From Octopus vulgaris (taxonomy: Eukaryota): DNA of 64,000 bases. The notes under the pieces are model-generated. The model had not been told where the DNA came from. It ran no database searches and worked only from the letters and a program-made list of their open reading frames with translations. The position numbers and the translations under genes were made by a program. Shown here one piece after another: positions 1 to 13,000 of the stretch (position 1 is its first letter; every line of letters starts with the position of its first letter). Location: the NCBI GenBank assembly GCA_951406725.2, contig OX597836.1:31558001-31622000 (forward strand), written 5' to 3'.

Positions 1-1682
1 GAAACAGGTGAGGGTGGGCGACAGGAAGGGTATCTGATTGTAGAAAATCTGCCTCAATAAACTCTGTTTAACCCATGCAAATTGGGAAAGGTGGGCGTTA
101 AAATGATGATTTTCATATCTACCTAAATTTCTATGAACTTGATATTTTAAGTTTACAGCAGTTGTTTCCCTTGATTCAGTGAGTACACCAGAACTTATTT
201 TTAGAACCTCATATCTAATGATTCGTAGCCAAATACTCTGACCGAATGGTTAAGCCACGTGCCTTCGTGAGTCATTTACATTACTATGAGAAAATCTGTT
301 TTTATGTCGTCGTCGCCATCAGAAAATATTGAATAGTGGCGAAAAGCAAAATTAAAAAAAGTCCAACCTAAACACACGCATCCTGACCGCGTGGCTGCGG
401 CGGAAAAAACCTCACAAAGAACACGAAGAAATATTTATTTCATTTAGGCAGTTACTATAAACGCAAATAAATAAACATGGAACACTACATGTTTTGATAA
501 ACAAATACAACACTATTGCAAAAATAATTTTATAACAACGATTCAAGGGAGAGAACTTAGTTATAAAATATATAAAGTTATTCCCCCTGTTTTCTGTACT
601 GAATATCGGTTTCGGCATACCTACTTGAATATGTCCTACCTAATTTTATTTCCTCATTCCTTTCAAAAAGATATTTTGTAGTATATTTGCAACAAATACA
701 TTTCAGATGATGTAGATTCTGATTAAGCAGAAATTTGTGACGGAAAAGCTTTTCGTAGTGGAGGGGGAGAAGAGGATAATTCGCACAAGCCAACATTGTT
801 TTCTCACGATTAGGAAGATGGGTATTTTTTTTGTGCATTTCCTCCAAATACCTTTCAGATGTTATAGATTACGGTCATATTGGAATTTAAGGTGAAAACA
901 AAAGAAAATATCGGTGGTCGCATACTCATACATAACGACACATCACATTTTTACCCCCAAGATTTCAGGTTTCATTGTATGTGTGTGTACGTGTGTTAGT
1001 TTACCTATGTGCACGCCCCGAATTTTGGTCAAAATTGTGACCCCTTCAAAGCGGTATCCAGCGCATGTGCCCTGCTTGCCCAACCCTATCTACACCCCTG
1101 AGGACAATGTCTGACTCTACAATTGCTTCAAATTCATTGTGTCTTTGGTCAGCTCCAGACACAAGTCCTTTCTGGGTTGTCATTAAAAACTCGTCAAAAT
1201 AATGCTTGAAATATAAAATACACTCAGGTTTGCATACTCAAACTCTCCAACAAAGGAAACTCTACATAGCAGTGACTGACATAAAAGAAATAGCAACCAA
1301 ATATCACTCAAATCCCAGCCTCACCATCACCATCATTGTAGCCTTAACATTCATTTTTGCATGCTTGCATGGGTCAGATAATATACTGATGCAAATTTTT
1401 CTCTGCTAAATATCAATAACGTCAATAACTTCAGCATTAACATCTTAACAGTAACTGAAATTCAGTTAGCAAGAAACAGTACATAGTAGGGTGTAAAGCT
1501 TGGTGGTTGAACAGGTTTTAAGGTTATAGTGTGTGTAATTCCTTGTCTTTTATACATTGGGTTATATAAGTTAACTCTACAGCAAACAGTTCATTTGATA
1601 TATACACATTTAACCCTTTAGCAGTCAGATCACTCGGCCAAATGTAATGCTTATTTATTCAAATTGCTTTGAATTAACCATG

Positions 1683-2260
1683 TGTAAGAATTAACACTTC
1701 CTTCTCTAAGCCTAGATTCGAAACCGAATCCAAGAATTCTCGGTTGTTCAAACCATGACGATCAACAAGCGCGATAAAAGGTTTTCTTTGTTCTGTCAAA
1801 AATTGATTGATCATTTCCCTTTGACCTGCGACCTCAGCCATGTCGGGCAAAGTTCAACTGGACAGGCGTTGACCTATATAGGTACTAACTCTGCTGCAGT
1901 ATGTCTGTTTTTCTAGCTGCCACAAATATTATAAAACCAAGTGAAACAGGAGAGACAGCAGACAATCGCAGCAGAGACGGGAGCAGACAGATAAGATAGA
2001 TTTATCTACGACCCAAGGTTTTTGGCAGACGACAGAGACAGAGGGAAATGCTTGAAGTGCCGATCGACTACTGTTTCGAATGAAACACGCACACACACAA
2101 ACATATTCATTCCTAATATGTACTCTGTATTTCTAGCAACTCGTAGCAGTTGCCTACATTTTGTATGTAGTGACCAGTCACTAAACCAACACTGTAAATA
2201 AATGCTTTTCAATCATAAATCGGTTTACGTATTTGTTTACATACACACTTAACCACTACA
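1683..2260 (+). mobile_element. Probable solo LTR (578 bp) nested in a piggyBac-like MITE
   Basis: TGTA...TACA termini, 4-bp target-site duplication (TSD) CATG on both sides, internal TATATATA (~1875) and AATAAA (~2197). Confidence 0.7.
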
Positions 2261-2605
2261 CATGTGTTACCTTGTAGCTTTGAGATTTCAATGATGTGAA
2301 TATTTTTCGAATGACATTGTAGGGTAGGTGTGAGAAGCTAGATCTGATCAATTTGAACACGAAACAGGTAGAATATTTGGGTTGGATATCACTGGTTTAA
2401 ATGGTTAAGGGGTTTAATTTTACAAGCATACAATGAAAGACATAGTCAAGAAAAACCAATGAACATATTTAAGGCATATGCAATAACTATATAGGCTACC
2501 TCTGTGCCATAGGTTTGCTCCAGTAGGGCTGGTTAATGTTACTCTAAAATAAAGACAGTCAAAACAAAAACAGCAAAGTTTTCTTTTATCTAAGATGAAA
2601 CTTAC

Positions 2606-2735
2606 CCTGCAATATGAATGATCTCCAAGATCAGTGGGTAGGATGTACGCGACACTGTTTTCCAAATCAGACTTTGTGTGATTGTAGGAGGTAAGTACAA
2701 GGAAAACGTGTGTTGGAACTGTTTCAGGAGAAAAC
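2606..2735 (-). CDS. ENPP module B exon: [16 protein letters not shown]...[15 protein letters not shown] (following exon not found in window)
   Basis: PTH.F.VLTS and ILP motifs; cttcag/gtaagt; phase 2 to 0. Confidence 0.9.
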
Positions 2736-3248
2736 CTGAAGTTGGAAAATATAAAATTATTTTAGAAAGCAAAATATCCATAATATATTATATTCACTGA
2801 AACAGAGTAACTGTAAACTATAGTGTGTTTCATCTTTTGTTGTTGTTTTCTTTTCATCTTTTAAATTTAGTGTTAATTCTGATTGATCACCTGCTTAGTA
2901 GCAAGGTCGTGAAAGAAAGCATCTTGTTTTGTTCATATTGGGTTGTCCGGAGAGTTCGTGCTGATTTTTAAAGTAAAGATAAAGGTCAATAAATTCTTGC
3001 CATTACATTTTTAATGTATATTTTCATTCAAATATATATTTGCTAGACATCGTTTACTTGTTTCAGTCATGTGACTGTGGCCATGCTGGAGCACCGCCTT
3101 TAGTCGAGCAAATCGACCCCAGGACTTATTCTTTGGAAGCCTAGTACCAGTCTCTTTTGCCGAACCGCTAAGTTACAGGGACATAAACACACCAGCATCG
3201 GTTGTCAAGCAATGCTAGGTGGGGACAAACACACAAACACATACACAC

Positions 3249-3289
<41 letters not shown>

Positions 3290-3770
3290 TGAATAAATGA
3301 AAGAATGGAGTCAAACGAAGATTTTAACAAAATTCCTTTACTCTCAACACATGTTTTGAAGACTGCATACTCTTAATTCCGAAGGGATAAAGGGTGCATT
3401 ATGCTGTCTTCTCATCCGGAAAGACAAGGAACCTCTATCAGCCTCAAGACGAACAAAAACTTTTTGCTGACTTTTTGTTCGTCTTGAGGCTGATAGAGGT
3501 TCCTTGTCTTTCCTGATGAGAAGATGGCATAATGCACCTTTTATTCCTTCGGAATTAAGAGTATGCAGTCTTCGAAACATGTGTTGAGAGTAAAGGAATT
3601 TTGTTAAAATCTTCGTTCGACTCCATTCTTTCATATAAAAAACACACAAATTTCCACACAAGAACACGGGGTTTCTGTCCTTGGCATGTAGCTTCAACTG
3701 TGTTTTCTGACGTGAATTTGCTACCCAGGTATTGATTAACCGAATTATCCATACTAGGATAATTCATTCA

Positions 3771-3803
<33 letters not shown>

Positions 3804-4562
3804 GACGGCCTTCTTTCAGTTTCTGCCAACCAAATCCACTCGCAAGGCATTGACCGACCCAAGGCTATAGTAGAAGACACTTGCCCAAGGTGCCACGCAG
3901 TGGGACTGAACCCGGAACCATGTGGCTGGTAAGCAAACTACTTACCACACAGCCACTCCTACGCCTATATCTCTGAACAAAAATAATATCGGATAATATG
4001 TTAAGAGGTTGAAGTTGAAAAAGACTTAACTTAAAGCAAAAAAAAAAAGAAGATCACATCACACAATGTCTGTTAACTTATGTTGACAACGTAAGTTGAG
4101 GTAAGCTTGTAGATGTTTTCTTCAAGATTTTGACACCTTTAAATATACCAGAATGAAAACTTACTTCCATATTGTTTCTTGATCATCAGCTCTTCCATCC
4201 AAATCATAATCAAATATTGGTCCACTGAACATATTGATCTCTGAGTAAGTGTTTAACCATTCAGAAATCTTGTTTAATGCTTCATCCCACAAATCTAAAA
4301 ATATAAAGATATAAAAAAAATGTAGAAATGAGGATTGTTGTAAATATTGATCTTTTGTTTAACTTGAAATGAAGCCAATTCTTGTATATTTAAAAAAAAA
4401 AAAGAAAAAATAATGGAGAGAGAGAGAGAGAGAGAGAGATGTGGAGGGAGAGAGAGAGAAATGTGTTGGTGTTGGTTGAACTAACTCAAGTATTTTTTGG
4501 TACTCCTTTTTGTTACTGCCTGAGGAATGGAAAATGAAGTGAACGAAAAATGGAAATTAAAC

Positions 4563-4622
<60 letters not shown>

Positions 4623-4703
4623 CTGTGTGTGCATGTGAGTGTGTGTGAGAAAGAGAGAGAGAGATAAAGAAAGAGAGACTATGTGTGTAAGAGTGAGAGA
4701 GAC

Positions 4704-4744
<41 letters not shown>

Positions 4745-4821
4745 GTGTGCATGTGAGTGTGCATGAGAAAGAGAGAGACAGAGAAAGAAAGAGAGACTGT
4801 GTGTGTAAGAGTGAGAGAGAC

Positions 4822-4859
<38 letters not shown>

Positions 4860-6831
4860 GTTTCACAAATACTTTACCATTTCAGGTATTTTGTTATAAG
4901 TATTTAATTCTTTTTGATGAGCTACAGGATTAAATCAACTCCAGTAAGGAACCGCTAAGTGCCGAACTGCTAAATGAAGGGGACATAAACACACCAGCAT
5001 CGGTTGTCAACTGATGTTGGGGGACCAAAACAGACACACAAACATACACACACACACACATATATATACGATGTGCTTCTTTCAGTTTCCCTCTACCAAA
5101 TCCATTCACAAGGATTTAGTTGGCCTGAAGCTATAGTAGAAGACACTTGACCACGGTGCCATGCAGTGGGACTGAACCCAGAACCATGTGGTTGGTAAGC
5201 AAGCTACTTACCACACAGCCAAAGAAATACAGCTTTCAAGTTAACTTACCAGAAACAAATTTATATGGAACAGGAATACAGCTCGATGACAGATTTAAAA
5301 TAATCTTTTTATCATCAGTGATGAAATCTAGAAAAAGATTGCACAAGAAGTATTAAATTACAGAATTACAGAAAAACACATATAATAGCTATCTATTGAA
5401 AAAAGGTGATGTAGTGGATTGGATGGGTATTTATGAAGGAGTAAAAAACCCTGAAATATGGCATACATGGCCATCACTATTTTCCCATCTTTGATCTCGT
5501 TGGTGTTTACATTAGGTGTCTTGGATAAGAAACATCACAATGAAATCACTGCTGGCTGTAATTTCTATAGAAAGTCTATAGAAATAACCTTAAGACGTGC
5601 AGAAGAACCGTGACACAACAGCTGCACTGAACACAAAACAAAATTTCCTTTACGTTTACTGCAGCTGGTTCTGTCCATTCCTTATTGGCCTAATAGGCCC
5701 CCAATGAGCCTGCAGTTAACATGAATGGCCCTCTTCATAAACCTTTGTTTGGGAAAGCAAACCATGATATATAAAATCAATTGATAAATGAAATCTTTAA
5801 CAAATGATTAATGAAATGTAATGAAGATGAAAGATTATACCAGATGGATACAAATTCATCCAAGTTAAGTTGTCCATTTTGGAAGCTTCCTGGGAACAAT
5901 TTGGGAGGTACTTTGACTGACCAGTCAATCTAGGATCAGGGATGAAACAGCTGACATCTTTAGAGCTCTTTTGTTTCAACTGTGGGAAGAGAAAAAGATA
6001 AACACATTTTTACTGGCAAATATAGATTTTGGTACAAGGTCGGTAATTTCAGGGGACAGGGTGAGTTGATTACATCAACCCCAGTGCTCAAATGGTACTT
6101 ATTTTATCGACCCTGAAAGGATTAAAGGCAAAGTCAACCTGGGTGGAATTTGAACTCAGAATGTTAAGACAGATGAAATACCACTAAGCATTTTTCTTGG
6201 AATGATAATGATTTTGCCAGCTTGCCACTATAGTAAAAAAAAAAAAGAGAATCTTGAATGTTGTGCCCCAGCATGGCCATAGTTCAATGAGTGAAACAAA
6301 TAAAAAGTAGAAGATACACATACGCACACTCACACACAAACACACACACACACGCACACACATTCCCATACCTTGTTCTCCTTGGTTAATGTGGTAGCAA
6401 TAAAGGTCGGAAGCTTGATGTCAGAATCGTAAACAGTTACATGGGAAGTATGAGGTAGGAGTAACGCCGTCGTGTTAGATGCAGGCAAACCAAAAGATTT
6501 AGTCCCTTTAAAATCCGTGTGGTTGTTTGAGTCATTCAGTAAGACAAATAATCCCTTCACCTGCAAATGGAAATGTGACTCGTTTTTTTTTTTTTTTTTA
6601 ATATATTTATCACAACAAGAATAAATAACAAAGCAATTAACTCTAGAAAAAAAAAAAGAAAGGAGAAGTGGCTGTGTGGTAAGAAGCTTGCTTCCCAACC
6701 ACATGGTTCCGGGTTCAGTCCCACTGCGTGGCACCTTGGGCAAGTGTCTTCTACTATAACCTCAGGCCTTGTGAGTGGATTTGGTGGATGGAAACTGAAA
6801 GAAGCACCTTATATATATATATATATATTGC

Positions 6832-6871
<40 letters not shown>

Positions 6872-7356
6872 CATCATCATCATCACAATTGCAGCATGGA
6901 AAGTGTTTATAAGCCATTTAAGAAACACACAAAAACCGTTAGATTCACTTCAACGAGGATTTGGTTGGCCCAAGGTTATAGTAGAAGATACTTGCCCAAG
7001 GTGCCACGCTGTGGGTCTGAACCCGGAACCATGTGGTTCGTAAGCAAGCTTCTTACCACACAGCCACTCCTACGCCTAGTACATTGGTACATTATGTAGA
7101 AGTATATTTACCATTTTGCTGAATACTGGGGAGTTAGGACAATCGTTATCTTGAAGAAATTGCTTCAACTTCACAAGTGACATATTGAAAGGTGTTTTCA
7201 AATATTGGCCCATCAGACTCTGTTTGTTCCTTATTGGTGGTGAATGTAAAATGCTATCCAAACGGCCCACAGTTCCATTGTTTGGAGCACCGCTAACATT
7301 GAAGATATCTGAAGAAAGAAGTAGAAATTATCTTTATTTTCTCATTCAATTTTTTG

Positions 7357-7389
<33 letters not shown>

Positions 7390-7391
7390 CA

Positions 7392-7424
<33 letters not shown>

Positions 7425-8432
7425 TTGTGTGTGTGTATGTATGTATATAGATGTATGTGCCTATGTCTGTGTCTGCATTTGCACCCCTGCCACCACTGCT
7501 TGACAATTGGTGCTGGTGTGTATAAGTCATAACTTAGTGGTTTAGCAAAAGTGATTGATGCAATAAGTACTAGGCTTTTAAAAATGTCAAAGAAACAAGT
7601 AAAGCAAAAATAAAAGAAACAACCTATAAGATGGGCTTCTTTCAATTTCCATCTACAAGGCCTTTGTTGGCCTGGGGACACAGCCACATCTACTCATATA
7701 ACATTGATATGCCTGCAACTATACACAGATATACCTACACCCCTGCACAGCCATACCTGTGTCTTTTGAAAATATGGAATGCTTAATATAACTGATACGA
7801 TATTTATTACTTAAAAATATGAACAAAATATGGGAATAGAACAAAAAAAAAAATAAAAAAAAATCAGCGATTACTCACCAGTAAACAGATTATAAAGTTC
7901 AATATTTTCAAAAGGTTTGATTGTCAAGTTTTGCTTGAAATCTGGCCCGTAAGCAAGGAATAAGCTCTGTTGTTTAATATAAAATGATACAGCATGTAAA
8001 TATATAAATATACACACACACATGAAAGATTGAAATGGAATATAGAAATGATTAACAGAAAAGGACAAAGGACAAATAAACATAGAGATCCTCTCATCAG
8101 CCATGCAGACCATGCTCAGTGTAGTTTCAGTATGTATAAACTCCAATGACTTTGAATTCTATAGTACTCTTCTCCTCTGGTTGCTCTAGAGATATAGGAG
8201 ATATCACTGAGGTGATGGTCAAACAAACGCTAAAAGTGAAGGACAACCACATACTAGTGGGATGGAAAACTGCACTTTTAAAATATGTTTATTCACTTGA
8301 CCGGTTTCACTTTTTTAATCTTTTTCTAAAAAAGTGAAACTGGTCAAGAGAATAAACATCTTTTAAAAGTGCATTTTCAAACCTTCTTTCAAATATAATT
8401 CCACTCATGTGGTACCTTACAACTCCACTTTG

Positions 8433-8473
<41 letters not shown>

Positions 8474-10019
8474 TGCAAAGTATGTACAAGTGATAGTTTT
8501 TGAGATTAGGTATGGAAAAATGCAACACTGACTGAGAATGGTTGAGTGAAGAAAATAAGGAGAGATTAAGGGGTCATACAGTAAGAAGAAAGGATAAGAA
8601 TTAAAGAGTGAGTTCAATGAAAGTTTCAATTGAAAAGACAGAATGGGAGTGAAGATCTTGGGGATTGCCTCACAGTGGTGGTGGCAATGAGTAGGGGAAT
8701 AGTGAGAGAAACAAAGAAAGAGAATAATAAGTGTGAAAGAGAACATGTGAAGAATGAAGAGAAGTACAGAAAGGAATTTTGAAAGAGGAAAAAAGCAAAA
8801 CATTAGTAGCAAGGAGAACAAGATAGAAATGTTAAGTGGCAAAGAAGAAATAAAATTTAACCCTTTTACTGCAGAAATCAGATATATCCTATCAAAATTT
8901 CATTAGCCTTTAACTGCCGAAATCAGTTTTATATTCCAATTAATCTTTTGTTGAGGAACGTCATGTTTGAAATTAATTTCTTTTATGATATACTAGCAGT
9001 ATCATCTGGCGTTGCTCGGGTTGTAAGGGAAATAACTATAAAGCATTTTTAGAGAGTTATAGCCAAAAAATAGCAAAAAAATGCATTAAAAATGGAAAAA
9101 AATGATGGTAAATTTTTTTTTAAATCGTTGACTCATCGTAGACATTTTTAGAGAGTTACTTCCCTTATATAATAGCGAAAAAATGCATTAAAATGGAAAA
9201 AAATGATGGTAAATTATTTTTAAAATCGTAGACTCATCGTAGACGCGCGCTAATACCCAGAAGGGCTCGATATGAATCACGATTATAAGATACCCGGTTT
9301 TGGTTAAACTGCACCGCAAAATGTGGGAGTAGTTAGGAATCTAAATCATTGGAGACAGACACACAACTTCACTTTTATATATAAAGATTAAGTTTATTAA
9401 GGCAATGTTACTTTGCAGAAAATAGCAATTCTATTTTTTTGGTAGATATTTAACATCATTAATGAAATAACTTTGAAATTTAAGTTTGCTGTTAAAGGGT
9501 CAAGAGATCTCATCAAACTTGTGATCAAAGGCAATCCATTCATGACTGTCCTACTTTCTATCCAGAAACATTGAACTCAGGACCACATTATTCAATGGCC
9601 CCTACTTTCATTTTAACCCCTTTTAATGTGGAAATCAGCTATGTTCACTCAAAATTTCATTACTCTTAATCACAGAAAGCAATTTTATATACCAATCTAT
9701 CTTTTGTTGAGGAAGGTCATGTTTGGAACCATTTGCTGTCGAGATATGTCAAGTTTACTTCAGCAATGTGATTTGCAGAAAATACAATTATATTTTTTGG
9801 TAGACTACCACCACCACCACCACCGCCACCACCACTGCTGCCACCGCCACCACCACCGCCGCCTCTGCCGCCGCCGCTTCCGCCGCTGCTGCCGCTTCCG
9901 CCGCCGCTGCCGCTTCCGCCGCCGCTGCCGCTGCCGCTTCCGCCGCCGCTGCCGCTTCGCTTCCGCCGCCGCTGCCGCTTCCGCCGCCGCTGCCGCTTCC
10001 GCCGCCGCTGCCGCTTCCA

Positions 10020-10050
<31 letters not shown>

Positions 10051-13000
10051 CGCCGCCGCTACCGCCGCCGCTGCCGCTGCCCCCGCCTATGCCGTCGCTG
10101 CCGCCGCTGCCGCCGCCGCAGCCGCCACTACCGCCACCACCACCAATTAATTTCAATTAATTTTAAATATAACTAAAAATTTAGTAAAATAACTTAGTTA
10201 TCATTAAGCTAGTGGAGGTGCGTGGCTTAGTGGTTAGGGTGTTGAACTCATGATCGTAAGGTTGCGGTTTCGATTCTTGGATTGGGGGATGCATTGTGAT
10301 CTTGAGCAAAACACTTCATTTCACGTTGCTCCAGTCGACTCAGTTGGCAAAAATGAGTAACGCTGCGATGGACTGGCGTCCCGTCCAGGTGGGGAACACA
10401 CACGCCATTGAAACCGGGAAACCAGGCCCATGAACCTGGCTAGGCTTTAAAAAAGGGTGCATATATTTTATTTTATATCATTAAGCTAGTGTTAGGAACA
10501 TAAATTGTGACTAAGGTTTGGTGGAAGATTTCAATGCAAAATTTATGAAAACAAGACATTTGTACTACAGAGCCAGAGCAGGTTTCAGCCGGGTTGGTAT
10601 CAAAAGGGTTAAATATAACAAAGAATTTAGTAAAATAACTCAGTTATCATTTAGCTAGTGTTTGGAACATAAATTGTGACTAAGGTTTGGTGGAAGATTT
10701 CAATGCAAAACTTATGAAAATAAGACATTTGTACTACAGAGCCAGAGCAGGTTTCAGCCGGGTTGGTATCAAAAGCGTTAAATATAACAAAGAATTTAGT
10801 AAAATAACTCAGTTATCATTTAGCTAGTGTTTGGAACATAAATTGTGACTAAGGTTTGGTGGAAGATTTCAATGCAAAACTTATGAAAACAAGACATTTG
10901 TACTACAGAGCCAGAGCAGGTTTCAGCCGGGTTGGTATCAAAAGGGTTAAATATAACAAAGAATTTAGTAAAATAACTCAGTTATCATTTAGCTAGTGTT
11001 TGGAACATAAATTGTGACTAAGGTTTGGTGGAAGATTTCAATGCAAAACTTATGAAAACAAGACATTTGTACTACAGAGCCAGAGCAGGTTTCAGCCGGG
11101 TTGGTATCAAAAGGGTTAAACATTTATTATTTAGTATCAAAATTTTCATCACAGTAAATGTGACCATGTCACTGATAAGATTCTTGCCAGTGATCAGGTC
11201 GATGAAAATTTTGACACCAAATAATAAATGTTGATGTGAAGTTAATCGTCTTTGAGAGTTAAAGTAATTGAATTGTTAAAATGCATCTTGCATTATGATT
11301 AAAACAAAAATACTGAAAAATAAAGTAAATTCATAAAATTTTACCCTCATGCTTCTGTATCGGTTGTCATAACCATGGCTTCCTTTATCTGTATATAAAG
11401 CTATATCCCTGAGGAAAAGAGAAAGATTTTAATTAATACTTCATTTCAAATTACTTCAGTTTACCGAGCTGTAAAAGGGTATAACCTGTGAAGGAGTAGT
11501 CTTCTGACCAGAGACAATGTTGGCCTGCTCACCTACCCAGCAGGGTGGCTTAATTTGAAAGCTAAAATGATCTAAAGCACATTGTGACCAGTGATGTATA
11601 ACAACATCTGATAGTCTGATTGATCGAGTGATATACATATATATATATATATATATATACACACGCATATATATATACATACATACATATATATATATAT
11701 ATAAATATATATATGTGTGTGTGTATATAAATTAGAGAAGACCCACCATGTAGCAATTCAACAATGATATACTTAAATCATACCATATAGAAAAAAATTA
11801 AAGATACAATAAAACATCTACCTAGAACTAAATAAAGTCTGAAATAATGAATAATTAGTATATAATTAGTAAATAGACTACACGTGTTTTGTGGCTATAT
11901 TTTCAAATTGATAACAATAAAATCAATTCAATTTAAATATAGTCACTCATCAGGTCTAAGATAAAAATAATAAAATAATCAACTGTATATATATATATGG
12001 CTGTGTGGTAAAAAGCTTGCTTCCCATCCATATGATTCTGGGTTCAGTCCCACTGTGTGGCACCTTGTGCAGATGTCTTCTTCTGTAGCCTTGGGCTATA
12101 TATATATATATTAATGTGTGTGTGTCTGTGTTTGTAACCACACCATCACTTGACAACTGATGCATGTTCATGTCCCTGTAACTTAGTAGTTCAGCAAAAG
12201 AGACTGATAGAATAAGTACTAGGCTTATAAAAAATAAGTCCTGGGGTTGCTTTTTCGACTAAAACCCCTTAAGGCAGTGCTCCAGCATGGGTGCAGTCAA
12301 ATGACTGAAACAGATAAGAGAATAAAACATAGGTGCAGGAGTGGCAGTGTGGTAAGTAGCTTGCTTCCCAACCACATGGTTCTGGTTTCAGTCCCACTGT
12401 GTGACACATTGGGCAAGTGTCTTCTACTATAACCTCAGGATGACGAAAGCCTTGTGAGTGGATTTTGTAGATGGAAGCGTAAAGAAGCCCATAGTATATA
12501 TATATATATGTATATGTTTCTGTGTGCGTGTTTGTTCCCCACCATTGCTTGACAACCAATGTTGGTGTGTTTACATCCCCGTAACTTAGCGGTTCGGCAA
12601 AATAGATTGATAGAATAAGTACTACGCTTACAAAGAATAAGTCCTGGGGTCGATTCATTTGACTAAAGGTGGTGATCCAGCATGGCCACAGTCAAATGAC
12701 TGAAATAATTAAAAGAAAAGAAATAAAACAATATATACACACTCACTTCTTATATGCATACATGTGTTCACACACACACATATACACGCACACAGAGCAT
12801 CAGGCTGACCAAAGCTGTGCATTGGGATTGAACCTTAGACGATATGGATGCAAAGCAAGCTTCTTAACCATGCGGCCACAATGCCACACCTGCACTTATG
12901 ATGATAAAAATAAATAAATAAAATATTTACAAAAAACTTCCACGAACTTTTATTCTCATATTGGAAAAGTTGAAAAGAAAAAGAAAATAATGGTTGCCAA

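Larger units (their letters stand above)
3050..3965 (-). mobile_element. tRNA-derived SINE family A copy, split by an insert in its (TA)n tract
   Basis: Family consensus head (gtggctgtgtggtaag...ggttcagtccc, A/B boxes) and tail (gactgaaacaagtaaaag); many further copies in the window. Confidence 0.85.

Noticed and set aside
1-2605. Search for the next module B exon (expected R..DVE.LTG motif)
   Set aside because: No such motif found on the minus strand; probably lies left of the window
5430-5520. Possible exon ...MAMYAIFQG
   Set aside because: Exon 5250-5327 has better splice signals and the correct phases
9626-10156. Poly-Ala/Gly/Arg ORFs of 122-174 aa
   Set aside because: Translations of the GC trinucleotide tract; no splice or domain support
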